DNA from: Comamonadaceae bacterium
Lineage (GTDB): Bacteria > Pseudomonadota > Gammaproteobacteria > Burkholderiales > Burkholderiaceae_C
Direction of reading: 5' to 3'
NCBI GenBank assembly: GCA_038145425.1
Contig: JAYQPP010000015.1
Location: 2,471-66,470, forward strand
Length of the DNA: 64,000 bases
Positions 30,563 through 40,534 of this stretch are shown piece by piece. A model generated the notes under the pieces. The model worked only from the letters and a program-made list of their open reading frames with translations, made no database searches and was not told where the DNA came from. The position numbers and the translations under genes are program-made. Every line of letters starts with the position of its first letter. Position 1 is the first letter of the stretch.

Positions 30563-30675
30563 GAGTGGCGAAGTAAAAGCAAAGGCCGCGAATTTTAAGT
30601 GTGTCTCAGGCCCTGGACCCAGGTGGGTGTTACAGACGTATTAGCACATTGCCGGCCCATCGTGCGCCAGCGCGT

Positions 30676-31389
30676 TCAAGGGTAGGCGCAGCGAAAGCCG
30701 ATATAGACCGCAAAAAAATCGCTGGGTTTCCAGGCGTTGACGTCGGCGCGCATTTGGTAGTCGCCGTACCACCAGGAGCCACCCATGGTGCGGCTCTGGC
30801 CACCATCCGTGTCTGACACCCATTCCCAGACGTTGGCGCCCATATCAAAGAGCCCATTGACACCGGCGCGGGTCACACCGGCAGGCGCTGCCCGTGGCCA
30901 TGGATCCGAGCCGGAGGTATTGGCGCCGGCTGGGCTCGAGCCGGTTGGCCAGGTGTAGGTTTTGCCGCGCTCGAAACCATCTGGGGCTTGTTGCCGCTGC
31001 TCGGTGAAGGCGGCAGAGAGCCACTCTGCTGCGCTGGGCAGTCGACCCTGGCGCCAGGCGCAGTAGGCGCTGGCTTCCGCGTGATTGACATGTACCGCGG
31101 GCAAGCGCGGGTCGGCGTTGCGCTGACCGTCCGGTGCACGCCAAGTCCATCCGGCGCGCTGTTGCCAACCCCCGACGAACTCGTAACCGCCACCTTTTTG
31201 CTCGGCTTGCGTCAGCAGTTGGCGAGACGCCACAAACTGAGCAAACTGCCCAATGGTGACCTCGGTTCTGTCGATGGCAAATTTGTCCAGGCGGACCACA
31301 TCAGCGCGCACCGCGCTGCCCAAGCCGAGCAGGAAAAGCAGCAGCGGTGATAAGGCCCGCAGCGCCCCATGTCCCGGGCTTCGTGTCAT
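30676..31389 (-). CDS. Exported FGE-sulfatase (SUMF1/EgtB-like) domain protein
   Basis: Signal peptide, AIDRTEVT, LPAVHVNHAEASAYC, GRLPSAAEW, NGLFDMGANVWEWV and IGFRCA. ORF is open to 31407. Confidence 0.85.
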   Translation of the reverse strand: MTRSPGHGALRALSPLLLFLLGLGSAVRADVVRLDKFAIDRTEVTIGQFAQFVASRQLLTQAEQKGGGYEFVGGWQQRAGWTWRAPDGQRNADPRLPAVHVNHAEASAYCAWRQGRLPSAAEWLSAAFTEQRQQAPDGFERGKTYTWPTGSSPAGANTSGSDPWPRAAPAGVTRAGVNGLFDMGANVWEWVSDTDGGQSRTMGGSWWYGDYQMRADVNAWKPSDFFAVYIGFRCAYP

Positions 31390-31478
31390 TCGCGGTGGGT
31401 TCAGCATGCCTGTCCCAGATCTGGCGCCATGGGAAGGCGATGGGCAGCGCGGTCGCAGCGCGCTGTCAGATCGCCCCC

Positions 31479-32264
31479 TTATTCGATCTTGGCTTTGGCA
31501 CGAAGATCTTGCTGGAAGTTGCTCAGCTTCTGCTGCTGCAACTGCTGGGTGATCTGAGGCTTGACGTCGTCGAATTTCGGCAATTGGGCGTCACGCACGT
31601 CGTCGAGGCGGATGATGTGGTAGCCGAACTGCGACTTCACGGGTGCTGCCGAGGTCTCGCCTTTTTTGAGCTTGACCATGGCCTCGGAAAATTCCGCCAC
31701 ATAGTTGGCTGCTGGCGCCCAGTCTAGGTCACCACCATTGGCGCCTGAGCCGGGATCCTTGCTTGATTTTTTGGCGATCTCTTCAAACTTGGCGCCTTTT
31801 TTCAGTTGCGCAAGGATCGCGGTGGCCTGTTCGGCTTTCTCAACCAGGATATGGCGGGCACGGTATTCCTTGCCGCTGTTGGCAGCCACGAATTTGTCGT
31901 ACTCCGCCTTGGCATCTGCGTCGGTCACTGGGTGGGTTTTTTGATAGTTTGCGAACAGTTCGCGAATCAGAATAGTCTGGCGGGCCAGATCCATCTGAAT
32001 CCGGTAGTCTTCCGTGGCGTCAAGTCCCAGTTTCTGGGCTTCCTGGATGAAAACTTCGCGCGTGATCACTTCGTCCTTGATTTGCTGTTGAATCTCTGGC
32101 GTCACCTGGCGTCCGGACTTAGCGACTTGCTGGCTGAGCGCATCCACGCGCGACATGGGTACCGCTTTGCCGTTAACGATGGCGATGTTTTGGGCGCTGG
32201 CGGTCGCCGTCAGTGCGCTGACCACGGCGATACCAAGAAGCTTGGAAAGAGTGTTTTGTTTCAT
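31479..32264 (-). CDS. PpiC-type periplasmic peptidyl-prolyl isomerase
   Basis: Signal peptide, EYRARHILVE, SKDPGSGANGGDLDW and PVKSQFGYHII. Confidence 0.93.
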   Translation of the reverse strand: MKQNTLSKLLGIAVVSALTATASAQNIAIVNGKAVPMSRVDALSQQVAKSGRQVTPEIQQQIKDEVITREVFIQEAQKLGLDATEDYRIQMDLARQTILIRELFANYQKTHPVTDADAKAEYDKFVAANSGKEYRARHILVEKAEQATAILAQLKKGAKFEEIAKKSSKDPGSGANGGDLDWAPAANYVAEFSEAMVKLKKGETSAAPVKSQFGYHIIRLDDVRDAQLPKFDDVKPQITQQLQQQKLSNFQQDLRAKAKIE

Positions 32265-32327
32265 GCGAATACCCTGAGGAAGATCGATAAAAAGGTGAAA
32301 AGAGACAAAAAAATGGCCCCCGAAGGA

Positions 32328-32618
32328 TTAGGTCGGGAGCTTGGCTTCGATCGCAAGAGCATGCAGCCCCTGATCGATGAAATCTTGCAGCGCATCATAC
32401 ACAAGCCGGTGTCGCGCCACAGGCGCGTGACCCGTAAATAAATGTGAAGTGATGCGCACCCGAAAGTGTGTGCCATGCCCCAGCCCGTTGCTGCCCGCAT
32501 GACCGGCGTGCGCCTGGCTTTCGTCAATGACTTGCAGGCTTTGGGGTTGCAGGCGTTGCTCGAGCCGGGCCTGGAGGGCCTGGGCGGTGATGGGCGCAGT
32601 TGGTGTGGGCGTTGTCAT
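32328..32618 (-). CDS. bolA: BolA family protein
   Basis: [28 protein letters not shown] and GLHALAI. Confidence 0.93.
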   Translation of the reverse strand: MTTPTPTAPITAQALQARLEQRLQPQSLQVIDESQAHAGHAGSNGLGHGTHFRVRITSHLFTGHAPVARHRLVYDALQDFIDQGLHALAIEAKLPT

Positions 32619-33163
32619 GATGCGTCCGGTTTCTTTTCTGAGTCACCGAGGTGGGGGGCGATGTAGAAGCCTTGCGCCACGATGAAGACCAGCGGGAACA
32701 CATAGCCCCAGAGCTTGAAGTTCACCCAGGCGTCGGTGCTGAAAAATGCGGCGACGTAGGCGTTGATGGCCGACATAAAGGCGCAGTACAGAATCCAGGC
32801 CCAGTTTAGGCGCAGCCAGACGGGCTCGGGCAGGCTGAGCTGGCTGCCCAGAAGCAGTTTGAGGAAATTCTTGCGCATGGCCCACAGCGCAAAAGCCAGG
32901 GCAATGGCCATGGCGCCATAGAGCACGGTGGGCTTCCACTTGATGAAGCGCTCATCTTGCAGGATCAGGGTCAGCGAGCCAAAAACCAGCACCAAGGCCA
33001 GCGTGATCTTGTGAATGGTTTGAAGCTTTTTGTCCAGGGCGTAGATCAGGCCCATCTGAACCGCGGTGGCGGCCATCAGTGTCGCTGTGGCCGCATAAAT
33101 GTCCAGGAACTTGTAAGCCCCGAAGAACAGCAGAATCGGGAAGAAGTCGATCAGGATTTTCAT
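32615..33163 (-). CDS. yciB: Intracellular septation protein A
   Basis: [21 protein letters not shown] and WVNFKLWG. Confidence 0.94.
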   Translation of the reverse strand: MKILIDFFPILLFFGAYKFLDIYAATATLMAATAVQMGLIYALDKKLQTIHKITLALVLVFGSLTLILQDERFIKWKPTVLYGAMAIALAFALWAMRKNFLKLLLGSQLSLPEPVWLRLNWAWILYCAFMSAINAYVAAFFSTDAWVNFKLWGYVFPLVFIVAQGFYIAPHLGDSEKKPDAS

Positions 33164-33570
33164 TCTGGCTCAAACCCCAAAGATGCCGAATTCATGCAAT
33201 AGCGCAGGCCAGTCGGGGCGGGGCCGTCTTCGAACACATGGCCCAGATGCGCCCCGCAGTCAGGGCAGTGCACTTCGGTGCGCCGCATCCACAAAGAATC
33301 ATCGACCTGGGTTGCAACGGCTGCTTCATCGAGCGGCTGGAAAAAACTGGGCCAGCCGCAGCCTGCGTCGAATTTCGCATTGGCGCTGAACAAGGGCTTT
33401 TCACAGCAAATGCAGTGGTAGATGCCCGGCGCGTCGGTGTGGCTGAAGCGTCCGGTGCCTGCGCGCTCGGTAGCAGCCTGTCGGGTGATCTGATAGGCCA
33501 TGGGCTCGGCGTTTTTCTCTTGCAGCAGCGCCAGCCATTGCTCTGGTGTTTTGTTGATTTTGAAGGTCAT
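33160..33570 (-). CDS. msrB: Peptide-methionine (R)-S-oxide reductase
   Basis: [39 protein letters not shown] and RYCMNS. AAGGA RBS before ATG 33570. Confidence 0.95.
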   Translation of the reverse strand: MTFKINKTPEQWLALLQEKNAEPMAYQITRQAATERAGTGRFSHTDAPGIYHCICCEKPLFSANAKFDAGCGWPSFFQPLDEAAVATQVDDSLWMRRTEVHCPDCGAHLGHVFEDGPAPTGLRYCMNSASLGFEPE

Positions 33571-33587
33571 GGTAGGTCCTTGGTGCC

Positions 33588-35090
33588 TCAGGAGCTGCAA
33601 CTCACGCTGATGTTGGCGGCCCAGTCCGGCGGAAAGTCGGCCCAGGAGCCGTATGCCGGGTGCTCGTCAAACGGTTGCGCCAGCACCGCCTGTAAAGACG
33701 CAAGCACCGAAAAGTCCTTGCGCTGGGCTGCTTCAATAGCCTGCTCTGCCATGTGGTTGCGCAGGACAAATTTCGGATTGGCCGCCAACAAGGCTTGCTG
33801 AGCCGAGCCGACGGGCCCACTGCCCAGGCGCTCCCGATAGCGGGCGAGCCAGGGGTCAGCAGCGTCCCGGTCGATGAACAGGTCACGCAGCAGCGCCCAG
33901 TCGTTTTCAAGTGCCGCGTTGCTAAGGCGTCGCCAAAAAATCGTGTAGTCGACTTTTTGATGGGCTAATAAAGGCAACAGTTCTTTCAACAAATTCAAAT
34001 CGTCTTGCTGGGTATCCGATAAGGGCGCTTCGATCGGCGTTGTGTCACCCAGGCCGAGCTTTTGCATCATCAACGAGATGTATTTCGCCTGGTAGACCGC
34101 CGGGAAACGGTGCAAGGCGCTCAGCGCAAGTTCACTGTCTTCGATCAGGGGCATCAGCGCCTGGCCCAGGCAGAACAGGTTCCAGTTGGCGATATCGGGC
34201 TGGCGCATAAAGGCATATCGGCCCTGGTCATCGCTGTGGTTGCAAATATGCGCCGGGTCGTACGCGTCCATGAACTGGAATGGACCGTAATCCAGGGTCA
34301 GTCCAAGAATGCTCATGTTGTCGGTGTTCATGACGCCATGACAAAACCCGATGGCCTGCCAATGCGCGATCAGCTCTGCGGTTTTGACAACCACGGCAGC
34401 CAGCAAGTCGCTGTAGGGGTTGGCCTCAGGATGCGTCGGGCTTTGGCAAGATGGGTAGTACTGGGCAATCACAAAGTCGGCCAGTTGTCGCAAGGGTTGA
34501 AGCTGATCGCGCGCCGCAAAGTGCTCGAAATGACCGAAGCGGATGAAGCTGGGCGATAACCTGGTCACCACCGCCGCAGTTTCCATGGATTCGCGCCGCA
34601 CGGGCAGGTCTGAGCCGACGATGCACAAAGCGCGGGTGGTGGGGATGCCCAGCGCCGCCATGGCTTCGCTGGCCAGGTACTCGCGGATGCTCGAGCGCAA
34701 GACAGCCCGCCCATCGCCCATTCTGGAGTAGGGGGTCAAACCGCAGCCTTTGAGCTGAATTTCGTAGCCTTGGGTCTCGCCCATCAAGATGGCGCGGCCG
34801 TCGCCGAGTTGACCGGCCCAGTGTCCGAACTGATGGCCGCTGTACACGCTGGCAATGGGTTGTGCGTCCTCAAGCAGGCTATTGCCCGCCAGGGCTTGGA
34901 GCATCTCCTCCTGCGCCAGCTCCTCGCGACCCCATGACAGCAGCTCGGCCGCCTGGCTGCTTTGCGCCACCCAGTAGGGCTCGGGCATGCCTTGCGGCGC
35001 GACCTGGCTGAAGAACGCAGGGCCCAGGGTGTGGAAACGGCTGTCCCAACGGATGGCAAGCGGCTCCGGACTGAGGGATGGGTTGGACAT
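33588..35090 (-). CDS. selO: Protein adenylyltransferase SelO (YdiU)
   Basis: [63 protein letters not shown] and C-terminal SCSS. Confidence 0.95.
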   Translation of the reverse strand: MSNPSLSPEPLAIRWDSRFHTLGPAFFSQVAPQGMPEPYWVAQSSQAAELLSWGREELAQEEMLQALAGNSLLEDAQPIASVYSGHQFGHWAGQLGDGRAILMGETQGYEIQLKGCGLTPYSRMGDGRAVLRSSIREYLASEAMAALGIPTTRALCIVGSDLPVRRESMETAAVVTRLSPSFIRFGHFEHFAARDQLQPLRQLADFVIAQYYPSCQSPTHPEANPYSDLLAAVVVKTAELIAHWQAIGFCHGVMNTDNMSILGLTLDYGPFQFMDAYDPAHICNHSDDQGRYAFMRQPDIANWNLFCLGQALMPLIEDSELALSALHRFPAVYQAKYISLMMQKLGLGDTTPIEAPLSDTQQDDLNLLKELLPLLAHQKVDYTIFWRRLSNAALENDWALLRDLFIDRDAADPWLARYRERLGSGPVGSAQQALLAANPKFVLRNHMAEQAIEAAQRKDFSVLASLQAVLAQPFDEHPAYGSWADFPPDWAANISVSCSS

Positions 35091-35246
35091 GGCGCTATTG
35101 TCGGCCAGGGGCGGCCGCCCCAGGTTTCTCAGGGTTTTGCCGCGCTGCAAGACAGTCAAGACCAGTAACATGTCGACATTGGGCGCTGGCCTGATACGCA
35201 GCCGAACGTCAAGATTTGAGCTGACGGCTTAAAGAGGAGAACACTT

Positions 35247-36884
35247 ATGCAAGGTTTGATGCAGTCGCATGCCCTGATGATCTCGTCGCTGCTCTCTCAT
35301 GCCGAGCGACATCATCCGGATGGCGAGATCGTCTCCCGTCGTGTGGAGGGCGATATTCACCGATGTACCTACAAAACACTGGCCAAGCGGGCCAGGCAGG
35401 TCGCACAGTGGCTGGATGCGGATGATGTGGGCTTTGGCCAGCGCGTGGCCACGCTGGCCTGGAACGGCTACCGGCATCTGGAGCTGTACTACGGCGTGAG
35501 TGGATCGGGCCGCGTGCTGCACACGCTGAACCCACGACTTCATCCCGAGCAGATTGCTTGGATCATCAATCACGCACAGGACACTGTCTTGTGCTTTGAC
35601 ATGGGATTTTTGCCGATTATTCAGGCGATTCATGACAAGTGCCCCAGCGTGAGACGCTTTGTCGCTTTGTGTGACAGCGCTACCTTGCCCAAGGACAGTG
35701 GCATTACCAATTTGCTGAGCTATGAAGCCTGTATCGGCGCGCAATCCGGCTTGTATGAGTGGCCCCAATTCGACGAGCAGACCGCATCGAGCCTGTGCTA
35801 CACCAGCGGCACAACCGGTCATCCCAAGGGGGTGCTCTACAGCCATCGCTCGACCATTTTGCACGCTATGTCGGCGGCTTTGCCTGATGCGTTGAATTTA
35901 AGCGCCCGCGATGCTGTGCTGCCGGTTGTGCCCATGTTTCATGTGAACGCCTGGGGCTTGCCGTATTGCGCCACCATGGTCGGTTGCAAGCTTGTTTTTC
36001 CAGGCCCAGCGCTGGACGGCAAATCGGTTTATGACCTGATCGAACAGGAACAGGTGTCTTTTTCTGCCGGTGTGCCCACTGTCTGGCAAATGCTGCTGAC
36101 GCATATGCGCAGCAATGCGCTCAAATTTTCCAGCCTGAAGCGCACCGTGATTGGCGGCTCAGCCTGCCCGCCAGCCATGATCGCCGCGTTTCAGGACAGT
36201 TATGGTGTTGAAGTCTTGCACGCCTGGGGCATGACGGAGATGAGTCCGCTGGGCACGGTGTGCTCGCTGAAGAACAAGCACATGGGCATGAGCGCAGCAG
36301 ACCAATTGGCCGTGCGGCTGAAGCAGGGGCGCGCAATTTTCGGCGTGGACATGAAAGTGGTCGATGCCGATGGGCAGGAGCAGGCATGGGACGGGCGCAG
36401 TTATGGCGACCTGATGGTGCGTGGCCCCTGGATCCTGCGCGACTACTACCAGGGTGATGGACATGCCTTGAACGACGGGTGGTTTCACACCGGCGACGTC
36501 GCGACCATCGATGTGGATGGCTTCATGCAGATCACCGACCGCAGCAAAGACGTGATCAAGTCGGGTGGCGAATGGATCAGCTCGATTGACGTTGAAAACA
36601 TTGCGGTGGCTCATCCGAATGTTGCGATGGCTGCCTGCATCGGTGTGCATCACCCGAAGTGGGATGAGCGCCCGATCGTGGTGGTGGTTAAAAAGCCGGG
36701 TGCCGAAATTGATCGGGACAGTCTGCTCGCTTTTTACCAAGGCAAGATTGCCAAATGGCAGGTCCCCGATGACGTGGTGTTTGTGGACGCGATTCCCCTG
36801 GGCGGCACCGGCAAGATGCAAAAGACCAAGCTTCGCGAGATGCTGTCGGATTACGTGCTGCCTGAACTTCGTCAGAACGCCTGA
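35247..36884 (+). CDS. dmdB: 3-(methylthio)propionyl-CoA ligase / acyl-CoA synthetase
   Basis: N-terminus [58 protein letters not shown] and HPKWDERP. Confidence 0.82.
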   Translation: MQGLMQSHALMISSLLSHAERHHPDGEIVSRRVEGDIHRCTYKTLAKRARQVAQWLDADDVGFGQRVATLAWNGYRHLELYYGVSGSGRVLHTLNPRLHPEQIAWIINHAQDTVLCFDMGFLPIIQAIHDKCPSVRRFVALCDSATLPKDSGITNLLSYEACIGAQSGLYEWPQFDEQTASSLCYTSGTTGHPKGVLYSHRSTILHAMSAALPDALNLSARDAVLPVVPMFHVNAWGLPYCATMVGCKLVFPGPALDGKSVYDLIEQEQVSFSAGVPTVWQMLLTHMRSNALKFSSLKRTVIGGSACPPAMIAAFQDSYGVEVLHAWGMTEMSPLGTVCSLKNKHMGMSAADQLAVRLKQGRAIFGVDMKVVDADGQEQAWDGRSYGDLMVRGPWILRDYYQGDGHALNDGWFHTGDVATIDVDGFMQITDRSKDVIKSGGEWISSIDVENIAVAHPNVAMAACIGVHHPKWDERPIVVVVKKPGAEIDRDSLLAFYQGKIAKWQVPDDVVFVDAIPLGGTGKMQKTKLREMLSDYVLPELRQNA

Positions 36885-36889
36885 GCGAC

Positions 36890-37768
36890 GTGCCAGACCT
36901 GGCATTTTGGACGGTGACGCTGCTCAATGGCTTGAGCTATGGGCTCCTGCTGTTCATGCTGAGCGCGGGCCTGACGCTGATTTTCAGCATGTTGGGCGTT
37001 TTGAATTTTGCCCACGCCTCGTTCTACATGATGGGCGCCTACCTCGCTTATGCCATCAGCCAGCATTGGGGCTTTGGCCTGGCCCTGCTGGTAGCGCCCC
37101 TGTTGATGGGGCTGCTGGGCTCCCTGGTGCAGCGTCATTTGCTCACGGCGGTGCATCGGCGCGGGCATGTGGCTGAACTCTTGCTGACTTTTGGCCTGAG
37201 CTACCTGGCATTGGAGTTGGTGCAACTGGTTTGGGGGCGTGGCCCCGTGACCTATGCCTTGCCTGACATGCTGCAGGGCTCGATGTGGACCTTGGCGCAG
37301 GTTCAGTTCCCGACCTACCGTGTGTTCATCATGGCGCTGAGCCTCGGTGTACTGGCTGTGCTTTGGTGGGTTTTTGAGCGCACACGTTGGGGCTTGCTGA
37401 TGCAGGCGGCGCTGGAGCATCCGCAGATGGCCGAGGCCCTGGGTCATGACGTACCGGCGCTGTTTAATCGTGTGTTTGCCGCAGGTTGTGCGCTGGCGGC
37501 CTTGGCCGGGGTCTTGGCCGGCGGGGCATTTGTTACCGAGCCCGGCATGGCCGCATCGATTGGCGCACTGGTCTTTGTCGTGATTGTGGTGGGGGGGCTG
37601 GGCTCGCTGGCAGGGGCGCTGGCGGCATCGATTTTGATCGGCTTGCTGCAGACCTTTGCAGCGGCCAGCCAGAGCATCAACACCTGGGCGCCCTTGCTGC
37701 CGTATCTGCTCATGGTCGCCATGCTGGTCTGGCGACCGCGCGGATTGTTGGGTAAGCGCGGTGACTGA
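36890..37768 (+). CDS. LIV-type ABC transporter permease (LivH-like)
   Basis: LNGLSYGLLLF, GLTLIFSMLGVLNFAH and VVGGLGSLAGA. Confidence 0.9.
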   Translation: MPDLAFWTVTLLNGLSYGLLLFMLSAGLTLIFSMLGVLNFAHASFYMMGAYLAYAISQHWGFGLALLVAPLLMGLLGSLVQRHLLTAVHRRGHVAELLLTFGLSYLALELVQLVWGRGPVTYALPDMLQGSMWTLAQVQFPTYRVFIMALSLGVLAVLWWVFERTRWGLLMQAALEHPQMAEALGHDVPALFNRVFAAGCALAALAGVLAGGAFVTEPGMAASIGALVFVVIVVGGLGSLAGALAASILIGLLQTFAAASQSINTWAPLLPYLLMVAMLVWRPRGLLGKRGD

Positions 37769-38990
37769 GCCAGCGCGCGCGCGACATCCATCGCAGCAGC
37801 TCTGGCGCTGGTGGGTCCTGTATGGGCTGGCGCTGGCCTTGTTGCCGGTGCTTTTGGCTGACCGTTTCGCCATCGGTTTGCTCAGTCAGATCGGCATTTC
37901 CATCCTGATTTGCCTGAGCTACTACCTGTTGCTGGGCCAGGCTGGGCTGTTGAGTTTTGGTCACGCGCTCTACACCGGGGTAGGGGCTTTTGCGGCGATT
38001 CACTGGCTGCAGGCGGCGCAGCAGGGTGCGATGGTGCCCGTGGTTCTGATTCCCTTGCTGGCAGGTGTGTGCACGATGGCAGTGGCTTGGGTCACGGGAT
38101 GGCTGAGCACCCGCAGAGGCGGGCTGGTTTTTGCCATGATCACACTGGGCTTGGGCGAGCTGGCCTGGACACTGGCGCAGCGCTTTCCCGCGGTGTTTGG
38201 CGGCGAGGCTGGCATCAGTGGCAACCGAGCGGCCGGGCAGGTCTGGCCCGGCACTGGGCTTGGGCCTGATGAGAATCTTTACATGCTGATCGCGGTCTAC
38301 ACCTTTGTGTGCAGCTGGCTGATGTACCGCTTTACCAAAACCCCTTTTGCCCTGACGCTGCGCGCCATGCGCGAGCAACCCGTGCGTGTGGCCACGCTTG
38401 GTTTTGATATTCGATCAGCGCGCTTTCGCGTGGTGTGGGTGTCGGCTTTTTTTGCCGGTGTGGCAGGTGGCCTGTCGGCTCTGCATTTTGAGCTCGTGAC
38501 CAATGAGGTGTTCAGTGTCACACGATCGGGCTCCTACCTGCTGTTCACCCTGGTGGGTGGCACCTCGTCGTTTGCCGGGCCAATTCTCGGCGGCGTGTTG
38601 ATGGTGCTTGCAACCGATGGCTTGTCGAGCCTGACAGGTGCCTGGCAGCTGTACCTGGGCTTGCTGTTCGTGATCGCGGTTTTGCGACTGCCTGAAGGCC
38701 TGGGTGGCTGGCTGTCTGAGCGATGGGCGGGCCTGCGAACCACTGGCCTGACGAAGCTGAGCTGGACGCCTGTGCGCACGGCGCTGGGCATGGCCATGCT
38801 GGCACTTTCCGTGGTGGCGGGCATCGAGATGACCTACCAGTACCAGCTGCGTGAGGTGCTCGGTCCCGAGCGCATCCTGTGGGGTGTGGTGCTGGACAGC
38901 CAGCGCCTGGCGCATTGGTTGGGCGTGCTGTGCCTGGCGGGCTTGGGATGGGCCACAGCATTTGCAAGGCGGGGGCCACGTGCAGACTGA
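37761..38990 (+). CDS. LIV-type ABC transporter permease (LivM-like)
   Basis: GQAGLLSFGHA, FAMITLG, GGEAGISG, FFAGVAGGL and VGGTSSFAGP. GTG start overlaps the upstream stop. Confidence 0.88.
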   Translation: MTEPARARHPSQQLWRWWVLYGLALALLPVLLADRFAIGLLSQIGISILICLSYYLLLGQAGLLSFGHALYTGVGAFAAIHWLQAAQQGAMVPVVLIPLLAGVCTMAVAWVTGWLSTRRGGLVFAMITLGLGELAWTLAQRFPAVFGGEAGISGNRAAGQVWPGTGLGPDENLYMLIAVYTFVCSWLMYRFTKTPFALTLRAMREQPVRVATLGFDIRSARFRVVWVSAFFAGVAGGLSALHFELVTNEVFSVTRSGSYLLFTLVGGTSSFAGPILGGVLMVLATDGLSSLTGAWQLYLGLLFVIAVLRLPEGLGGWLSERWAGLRTTGLTKLSWTPVRTALGMAMLALSVVAGIEMTYQYQLREVLGPERILWGVVLDSQRLAHWLGVLCLAGLGWATAFARRGPRAD

Positions 38991-39771
38991 GCGCACCCAA
39001 GTTCTGACTCTTCAGGATGTGAGCATGCGTTTTGGCCAGACGCAGGTCCTGCATCAGGTGAGTTTCTCGATGGCGCCAGGTGAACGCCTGGCCCTGATTG
39101 GGCCGAACGGTGCAGGCAAATCCACGCTGTTTGAGCTCATCAGCGGGCGCTTGCAAGCCACTGGTGGACAGATTTCGGTGCATGGACGCCGCATTCACGG
39201 CATGGACGATCATGCGGTAAGCCGTTTGGGTGTTGGGCGAAGTTTTCAGACTAACCGGCTGTTTGCCGGCCTTTCGGTGCGCGATCACCTGATGGTGGCT
39301 AGTCTAGGGGCGAGCCCCTGGCCTCAAACGTTTTGGGTGCCTGCGGCGGAACAGGCCGCGATGCAGCACGGCGTCGATGCCTTGTTGGAGACGCTTGGCC
39401 TGACGGCGGTTGCCCACGTGCTGGCTGGTTCGCTGAGCTACGCACAGCAGCGCGCCCTGGAAATCGGTCTGGGTGTGGCAGGTGATGCACCGCTGGTGTT
39501 GCTCGATGAGCCGACCTCGGGCATGAGCCGATCGGAAACCCACCGCTGTGTCGAGCTGATTCGCAGCATCACCCAAGGGCGCAGTCTCTTGATGATCGAG
39601 CACGACATGGACGTGGTCTTTCGCTTGGCCGATCGCATAGCAGTGTTGAGCCAGGGCCGCTTGCTGGCCTGCGATACACCGCTTGCTATTCGCGCAAATC
39701 CTCTGGTCCAGGCGGCGTACTTAGGCGCCATGCTGAAACATCAGGATGAGGTGCTTGATGCTGCAAATTGA
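38980..39771 (+). CDS. LIV-type ABC ATP-binding protein (LivG-like)
   Basis: GPNGAGKST, LSYAQQRALEIG, LLDEPTSG, IEHDMDVVF and VQAAYLG. Confidence 0.9.
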   Translation: MQTERTQVLTLQDVSMRFGQTQVLHQVSFSMAPGERLALIGPNGAGKSTLFELISGRLQATGGQISVHGRRIHGMDDHAVSRLGVGRSFQTNRLFAGLSVRDHLMVASLGASPWPQTFWVPAAEQAAMQHGVDALLETLGLTAVAHVLAGSLSYAQQRALEIGLGVAGDAPLVLLDEPTSGMSRSETHRCVELIRSITQGRSLLMIEHDMDVVFRLADRIAVLSQGRLLACDTPLAIRANPLVQAAYLGAMLKHQDEVLDAAN

Positions 39772-40462
39772 GCGGCTCGACGGCTTTTACGGGCAGAGCC
39801 AGGTCCTGCATCAGGTCAGCTTGCGCGTTGAGCGGGGTGAGTTGGTTGCGCTGCTGGGGCGCAATGGCAGTGGCCGCAGCAGCCTGGCGCGCGCTCTCAT
39901 GGGAATTTTGCGCTGCCGTGGTGATGTGTCCTGGAACCATGCGACCTTGCGGGGCTTGCCAACGCATGAGATTGCGCGGCGCGGCCTGGCTTATGTGCCC
40001 GAGAGCCGTGACGTGTTTGGTGGGCTCACCGTGTCCCAAAACCTGGTGTTGGGTCAGAAAAGTCCGCTCCGACAGGACGTCTGCTTGAACTGGTCACAGC
40101 AGGCGGCATTTGACCGGTTTCCCGAACTGGCGCGACGGGCCCATACCCTGGCTGGCGTACTGTCCGGCGGCGAGCAGCAGTTGCTCAGCTTGTGCCGCTG
40201 TCTGATGGGCCATCCTGAGTGTCTGGTCCTGGATGAGCCCATGGAAGGGCTCTCACCGGAATTGGCAGCCCGGGTCGGCGCGCTTTTGCAGGACTGCCAG
40301 GACCAGGGTCTTGCCGTGTTGCTGATTGAGCAAAAGCTCGATGTCAGCGCGCGCTTGGCGCCGCGTTGTTACGTGCTCGGGCGTGGCGCTGTGGTGTTTG
40401 ACGGCCCGACGCATGCGGCGCTGCAGCCTGAGAGCCCGTGTTCGGCCTGGTTGCGTGTGTGA
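39758..40462 (+). CDS. LIV-type ABC ATP-binding protein (LivF-like)
   Basis: FYGQSQVL, GRNGSGRS, YVPESRDVF, LSGGEQQ, LDEPMEGLSP and LIEQK. Confidence 0.9.
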   Translation: MLQIERLDGFYGQSQVLHQVSLRVERGELVALLGRNGSGRSSLARALMGILRCRGDVSWNHATLRGLPTHEIARRGLAYVPESRDVFGGLTVSQNLVLGQKSPLRQDVCLNWSQQAAFDRFPELARRAHTLAGVLSGGEQQLLSLCRCLMGHPECLVLDEPMEGLSPELAARVGALLQDCQDQGLAVLLIEQKLDVSARLAPRCYVLGRGAVVFDGPTHAALQPESPCSAWLRV

Positions 40463-40534
40463 TCCGCTTTTGCGCCATGGTGGCATCAAGATGCTCGCGG
40501 TAGGATTGGTCTGCATCGCTTTGAAAGGAATTCC

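Noticed and set aside
31390-31478. attR direct repeat of the tRNA-Lys 3' end closing the island
   Set aside because: No copy of CTCCCACATCCTACCA or similar was seen here or elsewhere in the block.
39856-39880. LivF Walker A GRNGSGRS read as an inactivated ATPase
   Set aside because: Arg-for-Lys in this position occurs in LivF-like subfamilies, and the signature and Walker B motifs are intact, so this is not evidence of pseudogenisation.
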